Source of the DNA: a bacterium
GTDB lineage: Bacteria > Electryoneota > Electryoneia > Electryoneales > Electryoneaceae
Length of the DNA: 64,000 nt
Assembly (NCBI GenBank): GCA_963669175.1
Contig: OY769902.1
Span: forward strand, 1,728,001 to 1,792,000
Direction of reading: 5' to 3'
The notes below the pieces were generated by a model, which was not told the origin of the DNA, ran no database searches, and was given only the letters and a program-made list of their open reading frames with translations. A program made the position numbers and the translations under genes. This document shows positions 52,574-63,518 of the stretch, piece after piece; position 1 is the first letter of the stretch; each line of letters opens with the position of its first letter.

Positions 52574-54061
52574 ATGCCAGGGACAGTTCATCAGGAAGCC
52601 GGGAAGACAAGATGCTGTATACGTATTTATAGCACCGTGGGCTTTATGCTCCTGTTGGTGACTGCCATTCTCGTTTCCGGATTAACAATTCCTGTCACCG
52701 CACAAGAGGATGAAGGGTGGGAAGTGTTTATCGTGTCCAAGGACAATGAGACGGATGCGATGTTGTACGCCTCGGTTGTCAGGGAAGAATCCAACTACGA
52801 CCCTGAGATCGCACAGTTTGGCAATGCCTTTCGTCTGATTATTGCAGATTTGCCTACGAGCGCGGAAGCGGAAGAAGTCGCTGCGGAAATGCGTCAGCTT
52901 GGTTTTACCCAGGCACGTGCTGTCGTTGGGATGCTGGCCCAGCAGCACATGTCAGCGATGGAGGCAGTACAGGCAACGCCACGACCAGCTCCACAACAAC
53001 CAGCTTCTACACCGGCCGCTTCGCCTTCACCGCAACCGACTGGGCAGCAGCTACCTGTTGCGACAACGCCACCTCAGAGTACGCCAGCCGTGTCCAGCGC
53101 TGCAATCCCGGAACCGAGCCCGGAGCCGACAACAGCCGGCGAGACACCGCTGATTGCGATGAGCAACGAAGACAGCATGCAGGATGCCAACCAGAACGCA
53201 TGGGAAGATCAGCCTTTAACAGTGCCCACATCCTCACAACAATCACAGGCGCAGCCTCAGACGCAACCACAGCAACAAGCGATACCGACAACGCAGTCTG
53301 CGGTTCAACCTGCTGTGCAACCCAGTGCGCAACCGGTATCACAGCCAACCACAGCGCCGCAAACGCAGGCTGATCCGGAAACACCGTTGAGCAGTCCGTT
53401 GTTTGATACACCGATATCCCATCGAGATACGGCTGCGAATCAAGCCAATGCCGCCCCAATTGCAGTACCCGTTCAGGAAGAAAAAGAAGAACCTGTTATT
53501 ACGCCGCCGCCTGTTGTTCAGCCGGTAGCGCAGAAGCAGCAGGAAAAGCCTGAACCGGAACCGGTGGTGAAGAAAACGCCAGAGCCGACGCCTGCGCCAG
53601 CGACCAATCGTAACGATGATCAAGGTCCACCGATCAAGTGGGTGCGTGTGACGGATCATGGGGAAGTGGAAGTCCCGCGTGGCCATGCAGAGCTGAATCC
53701 TGCGCCTCCGGAACGAAGTGTTTCCAGTACGGCACCAGCGCCGACGTCAGCACCGGTAGCCACGAGAAAGCCGCAGCCGGTTACCTCCCCGGATCGCCAT
53801 CTTCCGCCGCCCACTCCTGACGAGGAACTGGCGTGGCGTATCCAGATCATGGCGCTGTTCCAGTCACCATATGAGACGGCTGTGCAGGAGGCGAAACAAG
53901 CGGAACGTGACCTTGGTGTCCCGGTACGGGTGAAAGTGACTGCCGGGGGCGCTTTGCTGCTCCAGGTGGGGAAATACCGTTCTGAGGCCGATGCGATGCG
54001 CGCGCTTCCTATCGTAAAACAACTCGGCTACAAAGACTCATACCTCATTCATACCCGGTAA
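52574..54061 (+). CDS. SPOR domain protein with long Pro/Gln/Thr linker (start uncertain)
   Basis: Signal/TM segment, SPOR-like N-terminal domain, low-complexity linker and C-terminal WRIQIMA..LQVGKY..LGYKDSYLI. Confidence 0.8.
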   Translation: MPGTVHQEAGKTRCCIRIYSTVGFMLLLVTAILVSGLTIPVTAQEDEGWEVFIVSKDNETDAMLYASVVREESNYDPEIAQFGNAFRLIIADLPTSAEAEEVAAEMRQLGFTQARAVVGMLAQQHMSAMEAVQATPRPAPQQPASTPAASPSPQPTGQQLPVATTPPQSTPAVSSAAIPEPSPEPTTAGETPLIAMSNEDSMQDANQNAWEDQPLTVPTSSQQSQAQPQTQPQQQAIPTTQSAVQPAVQPSAQPVSQPTTAPQTQADPETPLSSPLFDTPISHRDTAANQANAAPIAVPVQEEKEEPVITPPPVVQPVAQKQQEKPEPEPVVKKTPEPTPAPATNRNDDQGPPIKWVRVTDHGEVEVPRGHAELNPAPPERSVSSTAPAPTSAPVATRKPQPVTSPDRHLPPPTPDEELAWRIQIMALFQSPYETAVQEAKQAERDLGVPVRVKVTAGGALLLQVGKYRSEADAMRALPIVKQLGYKDSYLIHTR

Positions 54062-54145
54062 AACACTATTGCGCTTTCAACTACGCGCCATTTGCAGGTA
54101 GCCCGGCCATGCCTGGCCGGGAAAATGTCTCTGCGATAACCGCTG

Positions 54146-55579
54146 CTAGAGCAACGGGCTCAGCAGCTTCGCAATCTGCTGGATGATCCGTTTGTAGAAA
54201 GGACGTTCCTGCACTTGCTTCAGGGTGAGTTCGGTCGAATTCACCAGGTACCATTGACAAATCTCGCCCAAACGCCGGGTCACACGGTCGCTGTAAAAAA
54301 CCAGGTTGATCTCATAGTTCAGGGAGAAGGACCGGATATCAAAATTGCTTGATCCGAAGAAAGTATACGCATCATCAATCATCATGGACTTGGTATGTAG
54401 AATCCCCAGATGAAATTCGTAGATATGGATATTCTGTTCCAGCAGATATTCGTAGTAGGCTTTCCCTGCCATGTCTACCCAGAAGTGATCCCCACGTTTC
54501 GGCACCAGCAGGTTGACAGTCACCCCACGCAGAGCAGCGGCCTGCATGGCCTGGAAAAAGGGTTCATCGGGAATGAAATACGGTGTTGTTATGGTCACTT
54601 CCTTTTGGGCCGTGTAAAGTGCGGTGACCACCATGCGCTGGTATATCTCCGAATTATAACTCGGGCCGGAGGGAACAACCTGTACATGTGTATTTCCGAC
54701 AATCTTCGGATCAGGAAACAGCTCTGGCGCATCGAGCAGGGTTTTGGTTTCGAAGAACCAGTCGGTAAGGAACACCCACTGCAAATCAATCACGGCTGGA
54801 CCTTCGAGACGGGCAAACATATCATGCCAGACCTGGTCATGACGACCATAATCCTCATTCGCGATATTCTGTGATCCGGTATAGCCGATTTTGCCATCAA
54901 TCACGGCAATCTTACGGTGATTGCGGAGGTCGATACGGTCCAGTTTACGCCGCAAAAGATGCACCGGCAAAGCGTACTGAAACTCAACCCCGTGTTCGAT
55001 CAGGTATGCGCCAATGGTTTTGTGAAGTTTCGATGATCCCACCGCATCTACCAGAACCCGGCATTTGACGCCGCGTTCGGCTGCGCCAGCCAACGCTTCC
55101 GCTACCTGACGCCCGGATTCGTCGTCCATGAATATATAGAACAACAGGTGAACATGATGAGTTGCGTTTCCAATATCTTCGACCAGCCGTTCAATCGAAT
55201 CATGGCTGCTGTGAAACAGTTCGACAGCGTTGCCAAGTCGCACCGGCAAATGGCTCACAGCTTCGGCCAGTTTTGCAACGCCACTGTCTTTGACCACCAG
55301 TTCCGGTGGGGCGAAGGCTGCCTGGTTCTGAAAACGTGTGATCAGGCGGCGGGATTTATCCAGTAGCTGGGCGTGACGGTCTATGCGTCTGCGGGGAAGA
55401 CGATGGTTCCCGATTGCCAGGTACAGGAACAGGCCCGGGTACGGTAGGAACAGAATGATAATCATCCATGGATATACTGTGTTGATCTGACGTCGTCGCA
55501 TGAGGACGACGATCATCACAACACGTATGATCCACTCGGAGATCTCAAACGCTGAATAGAGTAGCGACCAGGTTAACAT
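54146..55579 (-). CDS. cls: Cardiolipin synthase
   Basis: Two N-terminal TM helices and two HKD motifs (NHRKIAVID, LHTKSMMID). Confidence 0.95.
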   Translation of the reverse strand: MLTWSLLYSAFEISEWIIRVVMIVVLMRRRQINTVYPWMIIILFLPYPGLFLYLAIGNHRLPRRRIDRHAQLLDKSRRLITRFQNQAAFAPPELVVKDSGVAKLAEAVSHLPVRLGNAVELFHSSHDSIERLVEDIGNATHHVHLLFYIFMDDESGRQVAEALAGAAERGVKCRVLVDAVGSSKLHKTIGAYLIEHGVEFQYALPVHLLRRKLDRIDLRNHRKIAVIDGKIGYTGSQNIANEDYGRHDQVWHDMFARLEGPAVIDLQWVFLTDWFFETKTLLDAPELFPDPKIVGNTHVQVVPSGPSYNSEIYQRMVVTALYTAQKEVTITTPYFIPDEPFFQAMQAAALRGVTVNLLVPKRGDHFWVDMAGKAYYEYLLEQNIHIYEFHLGILHTKSMMIDDAYTFFGSSNFDIRSFSLNYEINLVFYSDRVTRRLGEICQWYLVNSTELTLKQVQERPFYKRIIQQIAKLLSPLL

Positions 55580-55639
55580 GATCCGCTCACCATCATCCTG
55601 TTCATATATGGTGGTTCTTCTGTTCCAGCTGATTCGAAT

Positions 55640-55850
55640 AGCAATCAGCCTGCTTCAGCAGGCTCTTCTTAGCACCCGGCTTCAGTCGGGGTGTTCATGG
55701 TGACAAAGAAATGACGAGCGCCCTTCAGGGTGCTTTCCTGAATCAGGACTTGTACAAGGCAAGCACGCTAAAGCGCGCTCAGAATGATCTCCGCATCTTT
55801 ACACCCCGGCTGAAGCCGGGTGCTAAAAAGAGCAGGCTAAAGCCTGCTAA
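55640..55850. repeat. Composite REP-like element, family A, uninterrupted copy
   Basis: Six hairpins with TTCA/TAAA/TGAA loops, the same set as 22534-23148. Confidence 0.85.
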
Positions 55851-55855
55851 AATTG

Positions 55856-55927
55856 TCAGATAGCAGAATGAATTCAGATTGCAGAATGAATTCAGATTGC
55901 AGAATGAATTCAGATAGCAGAATAAAT
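55856..55927 (+). repeat. Tandem repeat, 4 x 18 bp (TCAGATWGCAGAATGAAT)
   Basis: Units at 55856, 55874, 55892 and 55910. Confidence 0.9.
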
Positions 55928-56153
55928 ATTGAAGAATGGAAATAGTGTCAGCCTGAATAATTCTCTTTCGGGAGAGAGTTTAGTTATGTCAAATACTAAG
56001 TTTTTGCAAAGCTAACGCCTACCCGACTCATGGGAAGATTGTTATCAACAAAAAAATTGCAAGATCCTTTTGTACACTCCTATAGTCAGTTTACAATTAC
56101 TGTTTTCCTGTTGCAAGTGAACATGCTTACAGACTGAATTATTGTCAATTACC

Positions 56154-57395
56154 TTAAATCGCCTCGCCAGCTCCAAGATAGAAACGTACCGGCCCCTCCG
56201 GCGCGTAACAGAAATCAAGTCTGAACACCAGGTCCGGCGGGAGTACGGCATGAATCCCGATACCGAAACCGTGACGCGTCTCATGCCAGCCGCACTGCGG
56301 ATCACCAATCACGCCTACGTCATAGAACGGCACAATCTCATAGTCCAGCAGTGAGGGGGGCAAAACATGCCACAGGTTGTGCAGGGGAACCCAGGGAAAG
56401 CCGGAATTGTGGGCGATGGTATGATAGTATTGTACTCGACCGGATAAATAGCGGCGTCCCCATTCACGCATGTAAGGCTGTCCACGGTGATTTCGGTCCC
56501 AGCCCAGGAATTGCTGCACGGGTTGCGGCGCTTCAAGCTGGAAAATGGTCCAGGCACGCAGGTAGAATCGGCTACGTTCGGTAACAGGTATCGCCCAGGC
56601 TATCTTCCCTTCGAAATCCATATCGAAACGAGGGACAGCGTAGGCGTCTCCATCGGTACGTCCCGCACGAACCGCCGATTCAAATACCCAGCCATCGGTG
56701 GGACGAACCGGGTTTGTGTTTGAGTAGCGGGCACGGAAACCGATCAGTTCCACATCCGCGTCTTCAAATCGTGCAAATGTACTGCGGGGGATATTTCTTC
56801 CATCGGTATAGAGCAGGGATTTTTTCGGATCGTTGGGATCACGCAGGTCACGCGCTTCCCTTGTGCGAACAAAGCGTACCAGCGTGGTCGGTCCTATTTC
56901 CCATCCGCTGTTTCCCATTTTTTTCAGTGCGGAGATGTTAAACTCGTATTGAGTCTGGAGCGCTCCGGCGAGAATTTGCGGATCATTATCGGATAACGTA
57001 TAAATGTAGAGAACTTTTTGTGCAATCCATGAAATATCCAGGATTCGCCAATTTTCGGTTTCAATTTCCATGGAGGAGATACCGCCTTCGAGCAACCCGC
57101 CCAAGGAGCCGTCTATGAAGAAGAGTGAATAAAAACCTGGCTCTTTGGAAATACCGCCTCCAGCGCCCACGACCAGCCCTAAATCACTGTTGGCGAAGGC
57201 ATAGGGCGCTCCCAGGAAACGGACTTTACCGGTTTCTTCTGTCGGATTTGCCTGTTCCACCAGCGTATCCAGCATCGTTACAGCCTGCTGAGGGGCGTCC
57301 TGTTGATCAGATTGGGCCACTGTTTGAGAGGAAGGGCTGAACCCGTTCGCGAGGGTAAGCGTAAATGCAAGAAAACCGATAACAAATAGCCTCAT
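56154..57395 (-). CDS. Omp85/BamA-TamA-like barrel without POTRA domains, paralog 1
   Basis: Signal peptide; HRGQPYMREWGR loop, FYDVG, GFGIG and FRLDF. Confidence 0.7.
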   Translation of the reverse strand: MRLFVIGFLAFTLTLANGFSPSSQTVAQSDQQDAPQQAVTMLDTLVEQANPTEETGKVRFLGAPYAFANSDLGLVVGAGGGISKEPGFYSLFFIDGSLGGLLEGGISSMEIETENWRILDISWIAQKVLYIYTLSDNDPQILAGALQTQYEFNISALKKMGNSGWEIGPTTLVRFVRTREARDLRDPNDPKKSLLYTDGRNIPRSTFARFEDADVELIGFRARYSNTNPVRPTDGWVFESAVRAGRTDGDAYAVPRFDMDFEGKIAWAIPVTERSRFYLRAWTIFQLEAPQPVQQFLGWDRNHRGQPYMREWGRRYLSGRVQYYHTIAHNSGFPWVPLHNLWHVLPPSLLDYEIVPFYDVGVIGDPQCGWHETRHGFGIGIHAVLPPDLVFRLDFCYAPEGPVRFYLGAGEAI

Positions 57396-57544
57396 GATTT
57401 TCCCCGGTATATGGATCTCTTTCGGACTTGAGAATTGTACCTGGTATAGCTGGAATGATTTTACTGCCGGGAGGTATGTTATGCAAATGCTGATACCACT
57501 ATATTTATCGTTTCAGTAGCTTTTCTCTACACAGGCCTTTTTGC

Positions 57545-58693
57545 ATGCTGGGAATACACTTGCAAAGTCGTTTAACAACCGTTCCTTTACGCATCTCCCT
57601 GATTGCGTTCGCTCTCCTGTTCGCTGTACCCGGCCACGCACAGCTTCCCGGTAAAGGATTGGGCTATTTCGGCTGGAAAGTGATTGGTATTCCCTATGTA
57701 TATGGCAATAGCGATGACGGTCTGATCTTCGGGGTGTCAGCCGAAGCCACGTCACCGGGCGGCCAATACATGCAAGGGTATGTACAGGCTACATCTGGTG
57801 GGGCTCTCGCGGTCCGTGTAAAAGGTGAACTCCAATTCAGTTCTTTCCGGATTGTTGGTCGGGTGAAGGCGCAACAGGGAAATGAGTATCTCTACCCGAC
57901 ATCAGCAGTTGATCCCAAATGGATGGCCCGGGCGGATGTGTACCGTCTGGAAGCGCAGAGCGCCATGCTGTTCGAGGCGGCGTCACATCTTGAGATCGGA
58001 CCTGATGTGGAAGTATTGCTGACCGATGCAAAGAAACTGGAAGATCAAAATGAACAATCACTGCCCGACAATTCTATTGCACGATTTACACGCGGCTCTC
58101 ATGCGCTGATCGGTGTGCGGCTGCGGTATCGTACGATGGACCCGATACGTCCGCTGCGTGGTTTTATGGTTGACGGCGCGTTTCGGATTGGCAGGCTGGG
58201 TGGTGCGACAGATATCCGCTTTGATTATGCCTCCGAGGTTACTCTTGCCGGCGCCATCCCGATATGTTGTGACCTGCGCTGGTTTAATCGCATGTACGGC
58301 AAGCGCCAGATGGAAGCCACCCCTCCTATACAGACGGAACTGGGTGGTATCAAGACGCTACGGGGGCAGCCATCCGGACGAGACTATGGCAGGACTCAAT
58401 TGGCCGGACGTTCGCAGGTCCATTGGACTATCGCGCATGGCTGGCGGGGCTTCTTTGGGACGCTTCATTCGATTATCCATGGCATCCCGGCATGGAAAGT
58501 CGATGTGGAAACCGTGGCGTTTTATGATGTGGGTATGACCGGTGATCCTACGTACGGCTGGCGGAAAATGAGGCATGGGGTGGGGGGCGGTTTCAGGATT
58601 GTCTTACCCCCGACACTGGTACTACGTGCGGATGTCGCGGTCTCACCCGGTGGAAGCCCGGCATTCTATATTGGTGTAGGTGAGGAATTGTAA
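57545..58693 (+). CDS. Omp85/BamA-TamA-like barrel without POTRA domains, paralog 2
   Basis: Signal peptide; LGGIKTLRGQP..RDYGR, FYDVG, GVGGGFR and LRADVA. Confidence 0.75.
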   Translation: MLGIHLQSRLTTVPLRISLIAFALLFAVPGHAQLPGKGLGYFGWKVIGIPYVYGNSDDGLIFGVSAEATSPGGQYMQGYVQATSGGALAVRVKGELQFSSFRIVGRVKAQQGNEYLYPTSAVDPKWMARADVYRLEAQSAMLFEAASHLEIGPDVEVLLTDAKKLEDQNEQSLPDNSIARFTRGSHALIGVRLRYRTMDPIRPLRGFMVDGAFRIGRLGGATDIRFDYASEVTLAGAIPICCDLRWFNRMYGKRQMEATPPIQTELGGIKTLRGQPSGRDYGRTQLAGRSQVHWTIAHGWRGFFGTLHSIIHGIPAWKVDVETVAFYDVGMTGDPTYGWRKMRHGVGGGFRIVLPPTLVLRADVAVSPGGSPAFYIGVGEEL

Positions 58694-58707
58694 GCAACAT
58701 TGATATA

Positions 58708-60168
58708 CTCGGTTTTGTTGAATTACTCAGGTCTTGCAAAAAGTAAAAGGCATGGTTCATTTTACAACCAAGAAGACGCCAAATCTCTTCAGTTGTAAAG
58801 GAGATAACCATGCCTGTCATAACATCGTCATTTTTTGAGTTACTTGCAAGTTTTCGTCCGGTGTTTCGGAAGCCTGTTTATGAGAATTTTGTACTGTTGG
58901 CTATCGGCGCTGTATTGAATTTCGGTCGTCAGACAGTCTGTCAGTTATTACGTGTATTTCCCGGACCGGTAGCGAAGAGTTGGTCTTGTTATCACCATTT
59001 TCTTTCGTCTGCCAACTGGTCCGCCCTGAAACTGGCAAAGATTCTCTGCTCTTTGATACTTGATCAGATTGCCGAACGTGATCCGATCCTTCTGATCGTG
59101 GATGATACCCTGATCCGTCGTTGGGGAAAGCATGTTTACCAGATATCCGTTCACCGCGATCCCGTCCGTTCGGGCAAAGCAGGGACAAAAGTCGTTTATG
59201 CTCGCGGTCTTCAATGGATGGTGATTTCGATTGGTTTGCGCACCCGTTATCGTTCGCAGATCTGGGCGCTTCCTGTATTCGTGTTTCCGGAGATCGCCAA
59301 AAAGCGTGTTCCGGAATCGAAGTACCGCAGTCCTGTACACCTGATCATTCTCGGGGCGCGTCTGCTGCTTCGATGGTTCCCGGACCGCCGTTTCCTTATC
59401 CTTGCCGACGGTACGTTGAACTCCCACGAACTTCACCGTTTCGTGGCGAAAGAGAACCGTCTTGCTATCATCGGGCATTCGCGTATGGATACGGTGCTGC
59501 ATGATCCGCCGCCTCCACCGAACGGGAAACGTGGACGTCCGCGCAAAGTCGGTGACCGTTTGCCCGCACCGGGACAAGAGGCGAAAAAGCCGGATGCTGC
59601 CTGGGAAAAAGCGTCTTGCCTCTGGTATGGGAACAAGACAAAAGACCTGTTGCTGCTTTCCGGTGTTGGCTGCTGGTACCGTTCCGGGGAAGATGTTGTC
59701 CTGATACGCTGGGTGGTGGCGCGTGATCCCGACGGCAAAAACAAGGACATTGTCTTATCTACATCCAAAACAGACTTAACCCCGGCCCAGGTTGTCAGCT
59801 CATATGTACGACGATGGGCGTTGGAAACCACGTTTGAAGAGTCACGGAAACATCTGCGTATCGAAACGACAGAAAACTGGTCAAAAAAATCGATTCAAAG
59901 AACAGTGCCCCTGCTGTTTGGCTTGTTCAGTCTGATGGTTGTTTGGTATAGTCAGCAGCCAGAGCAGAAAGCTGTTGCGCAAACAGAGTGGTACACAAAA
60001 CTGGAACCCAGTTTCTCAGACGTGCATCAGGCATTGCGTGCTGAATTGTGGATGCAGGCGATTTTTCCCGAATGCAAGCAGCCACGCGGATTCTTAAAAA
60101 AGAAAAGCAATATCCTTAAATTCCTTATTCACAAAGCCGCTTGATCCGCTAAAATGAGCAAAACCGAG
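58708..60168 (+). mobile_element. Intact IS701-like insertion sequence (1461 bp) with 7-bp target duplication
   Basis: Terminal IRs CTCGGTTTTG.. / ..CAAAACCGAG; TGATATA at 58701-58707 and 60169-60175. Confidence 0.9.
58810..60144 (+). CDS. DDE transposase (IS701/IS4 superfamily)
   Basis: IVDDTL, LADG and YVRRWALETTFEESRKHL. Confidence 0.92.
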   Translation: MPVITSSFFELLASFRPVFRKPVYENFVLLAIGAVLNFGRQTVCQLLRVFPGPVAKSWSCYHHFLSSANWSALKLAKILCSLILDQIAERDPILLIVDDTLIRRWGKHVYQISVHRDPVRSGKAGTKVVYARGLQWMVISIGLRTRYRSQIWALPVFVFPEIAKKRVPESKYRSPVHLIILGARLLLRWFPDRRFLILADGTLNSHELHRFVAKENRLAIIGHSRMDTVLHDPPPPPNGKRGRPRKVGDRLPAPGQEAKKPDAAWEKASCLWYGNKTKDLLLLSGVGCWYRSGEDVVLIRWVVARDPDGKNKDIVLSTSKTDLTPAQVVSSYVRRWALETTFEESRKHLRIETTENWSKKSIQRTVPLLFGLFSLMVVWYSQQPEQKAVAQTEWYTKLEPSFSDVHQALRAELWMQAIFPECKQPRGFLKKKSNILKFLIHKAA

Positions 60169-60207
60169 TGATATAGTTGTTCTGTCATATGTTCATTTGC
60201 TGTATCA

Positions 60208-60475
60208 GTGCGAGATCCACTGTATGGTTAATGGTTAGAGGAAAGGAAATGGAAAAAGGGGACTGCCTCCTTTCCCCGGGGTAAAGCCTTCCCGCTGTGA
60301 AAATGGACCGGGAAAGGTGGCTGTACCTTTTTTCTTGAGAACAGGCTGGAATTATACGGAAAAGGGGATAGCTTCCTTTCCCACGAGTTCAGCTAGCGTT
60401 TTTTGTGTGAGTGCGAGGAAAAGGATTCCGTCTCCTTTTCCCGACAATCTCATCACAACGGAATAAAATCGAGAA
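60208..60475 (+). repeat. Four-site AAGG-N9-CCTT cassette, copy D
   Basis: Aligns with copies B and C; lies about 40 bp from the IS right end. Confidence 0.9.
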
Positions 60476-60565
60476 TCATTATATTCCACTACGAACCCTA
60501 AGATATTGAGTGGCGGCTGTTTAAGGCATTACAACAGAAACAACAAACCATAAAGCAACACTACC

Positions 60566-61615
60566 ATGCGCTTACGCATCAACCTTGGCTACGACGGGAC
60601 AGATTTTAAAGGCTGGCAACTTCAGCCCGGGGATACCCGTACGGTCCAGGGGGAGCTGGAAAAAACCATTGGCCAATTGTTCGGCAATGTGCGTCGCTTG
60701 CGTGTCATTGTCGCTGGACGTACTGATGCCGGGGTTCATGCAGCCGGACAGGTTTGCCACGTGGATACGCCGGAGAACCTGGAAGTCGAGGAAATCGAGA
60801 AAGGACTACGCGCCTTGCTGCCGGGCGATGTACAGATCTGGCGCGTACGAAGAACCTTTAACCATTTCCACGCCCGTTACTGGGCACGGGAACGAGTTTA
60901 CGTATACCGCATCCTGAAGAAACCGGACGTTTTTCTGCAACGGTTCGGCTGGTGTCCTGAAATGAAGTTTGATCCCGCCCGCGCTGCGGAGCTGACCGAT
61001 GTTTTCCTGGGCCGTTATAACTTCAAACCCTTTACCACCAAGCTGCACAAGGGTGATGATCCAATCTGTGAAGTAAAAGAGGTTAACTTCATTGAGACGC
61101 CGGACTGCTGGCTGTTCCAGGTACGCGCCGACCGTTTCCTGCGCAGGATGGTACGCGCACTGGTCAGTACGCTTGTCTACATGGCGGCGGAAAAACTGGA
61201 CCCGGACGAGGTTCGCGAAGTGATTACTTCTGGGATAATGACCAAGGAAGCATGGGAACGCTATAAGCGTGAACATCCGCTGATTCAATACAAAAATGAA
61301 GACAAGCCTGATACGAATAGTGAGGGAGAGGCTGGAACTACTGTTTCAGGCGTGAGTTCCACAGATATAATTAAAAGCGATTATGAACCGGCAGGCGGTC
61401 AGGCACGCTATATACCCGAGGAAAATGAGGATAATACTGGACAAAAGAGTATACATGGCGACAATTTAATTGAAGTAGCCAATAATAACAAAGGGTTAAG
61501 TCGGCCTGTTGCACCGCCTGCGCCTCCGCAAGGGCTGGCATTGGTACGGGTCCGTTACGATATTGACGACGAGTTTGATACACATTCCTTTTCAACTTGG
61601 AGAATACCTTCATGA
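60566..61615 (+). CDS. truA: tRNA pseudouridine(38-40) synthase with a large C-terminal insertion
   Basis: [32 protein letters not shown] and APPQGLAL. Confidence 0.93.
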   Translation: MRLRINLGYDGTDFKGWQLQPGDTRTVQGELEKTIGQLFGNVRRLRVIVAGRTDAGVHAAGQVCHVDTPENLEVEEIEKGLRALLPGDVQIWRVRRTFNHFHARYWARERVYVYRILKKPDVFLQRFGWCPEMKFDPARAAELTDVFLGRYNFKPFTTKLHKGDDPICEVKEVNFIETPDCWLFQVRADRFLRRMVRALVSTLVYMAAEKLDPDEVREVITSGIMTKEAWERYKREHPLIQYKNEDKPDTNSEGEAGTTVSGVSSTDIIKSDYEPAGGQARYIPEENEDNTGQKSIHGDNLIEVANNNKGLSRPVAPPAPPQGLALVRVRYDIDDEFDTHSFSTWRIPS

Positions 61616-62259
61616 AGCTGTTCATCGATACCGCGGACATAGAAGAGATCCGGCAAGCTGCGGATATGGGCGTCATAGACGGCGTTACCACAAATCCTTC
61701 CCTTATCGCCAAGACCGGAAAGCCCTTCCGGCAGGTACTGGATGAGATCGTTGCCATCATTGACGGCCCGATTTCAGCGGAAGTGGTTGCGCTGGATGCG
61801 GAAGGCATGATCAGAGAAGGCAAGGAGCTGGCAGAGATTCACAGCAATATTGTGATCAAGGTGCCGTTGACGGTTGACGGACTGAAAGCCTGTAAAGCCC
61901 TTTCCGACGAAGGCATTGCCGTGAACCAGACACTGTGCTTCTCGCCGATGCAGGCGCTCCTGTCGGCCAAGGCCGGCGCTGCCTATATCAGCCCGTTCGT
62001 CGGTCGCCTCGATGATATCGCGCATGATGGCATGGAATTGATTCGCCAGATTGTTGAGATCTACGGGAACTACGGATTTGGCACGGAAGTACTGGTAGCA
62101 AGTGTTCGCAACCCGATTCACCTGCTGGAGTCGGCATTGATCGGGGCGGATGTCGCCACAGTACCGTTTAAGGTTATCAAGCAGTTGGCCAAGCATCCGT
62201 TGACGGATATTGGTTTGGAGAATTTCCTCAAGGACTGGGAGAACGTACCGAAGTCATGA
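61612..62259 (+). CDS. fsa: Fructose-6-phosphate aldolase / transaldolase
   Basis: [28 protein letters not shown] and HPLTDIG. Confidence 0.93.
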   Translation: MKLFIDTADIEEIRQAADMGVIDGVTTNPSLIAKTGKPFRQVLDEIVAIIDGPISAEVVALDAEGMIREGKELAEIHSNIVIKVPLTVDGLKACKALSDEGIAVNQTLCFSPMQALLSAKAGAAYISPFVGRLDDIAHDGMELIRQIVEIYGNYGFGTEVLVASVRNPIHLLESALIGADVATVPFKVIKQLAKHPLTDIGLENFLKDWENVPKS

Positions 62260-63518
62260 GGCGTTTCCTGCTGTGGTTTGTCGTTGGGCTCTTGATAGGC
62301 GCCGGGGGAGCGGCCGGGTATCACTACCTGTTGCAAGCTCCGGCACCGGTTGAGCAGGCCCAATCGGCGCGGGGGAGTGAGTCTGATACGGAAGAGGAGG
62401 CGATCTGGCCTCCTCCGCCCGTTTTGGCGGACTCTGCCAGTTACCCACGCAGGGGAGAATTGAGTTCGGAAGTCGCTACTGAACGTCAAACAGCGATAAC
62501 ACGTGCGATAGAAAAAGGCTCGCCTGCTGTCGTGGGCATCCTGGTCACCCAGCTACGCCGTTATCGTCGTAACAGCAATCCCTGGTTTCGTGATCCTTTC
62601 TTCGACTATTTCTATGGCTCTCAGCAACAACAGCAGCAGGCGATCCAGGAATTCGGGTCCGGGTTTATCATGACGCCCGATGGGTATGTAGTAACCAATG
62701 AACACGTTGTCCATAACGCTGCCGACATTAAAGTCCAGATGGCAGAGGGCAAGGAATACGAAGCGGAAATTATCGGAACTGATTTTGACTCCGATCTTGC
62801 CCTGTTGAAGATCAAGACGGAAGAAGAAGTCGCGTTTCCCTGGATTCCGATTTGTCCCTCGGATGAAGTCATCGTAGGCGAGTGGGCCATAGCAATCGGG
62901 AATCCGTTCGGGTTGTTCCAGCTAAGTTCGCAACCTTCCGTGTCGGTTGGCGTTGTATCGGCATCGGGTCTGAGTTGGCAGCGAAAAAGTGATGGACGTC
63001 TTTACAGTGACATGATTCAGACGGATGCAGCGATCAACCCGGGTAATTCGGGTGGACCGCTGCTGAACGCCATGGGGCACGTCATTGGTGTGAACACCTT
63101 TATCTATACTCCGGGCGGATCGGGTGGCTCGGTAGGGGTTGGTTTCGCTATTCCGGCGCGTACCCTGCGTGAACGTATCGCACAATTGAAGCAGCGTGAG
63201 GGTGCGGCCAGCGATTTCTGGACCGGGTTGACGGTTCAGAAAATTGATCCCTGGATGGCACGGATGTATGGTTTCCCGGTGGCGCGTGGAGCGTTGGTTG
63301 CGGAAGTGGAAGAGAACAGCCCCGGCAGTCATGCCGGCATCAAGTCCGGTGATATCCTGGTTGAGATTGAACAAATTCCAGTCACCAACGCCGATGCCAT
63401 ACTTCAGTATTTTAAGAACCATGACATGCGTGTAGGCGACAAACTGCATCTGAAACTCATTCGTAACGGCCAGGAAAAGGATGTAGTGATGATTTTGGAG
63501 GCGATACCCCGTGATTGA
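62256..63518 (+). CDS. HtrA/DegP-family serine protease with one PDZ domain
   Basis: [29 protein letters not shown] and a C-terminal PDZ domain. Confidence 0.95.
   Translation: MRRFLLWFVVGLLIGAGGAAGYHYLLQAPAPVEQAQSARGSESDTEEEAIWPPPPVLADSASYPRRGELSSEVATERQTAITRAIEKGSPAVVGILVTQLRRYRRNSNPWFRDPFFDYFYGSQQQQQQAIQEFGSGFIMTPDGYVVTNEHVVHNAADIKVQMAEGKEYEAEIIGTDFDSDLALLKIKTEEEVAFPWIPICPSDEVIVGEWAIAIGNPFGLFQLSSQPSVSVGVVSASGLSWQRKSDGRLYSDMIQTDAAINPGNSGGPLLNAMGHVIGVNTFIYTPGGSGGSVGVGFAIPARTLRERIAQLKQREGAASDFWTGLTVQKIDPWMARMYGFPVARGALVAEVEENSPGSHAGIKSGDILVEIEQIPVTNADAILQYFKNHDMRVGDKLHLKLIRNGQEKDVVMILEAIPRD

Noticed and set aside
61235-61500. Intein in truA
   Set aside because: It lacks the N-terminal Cys/Ser block and C-terminal His-Asn, and is too short.
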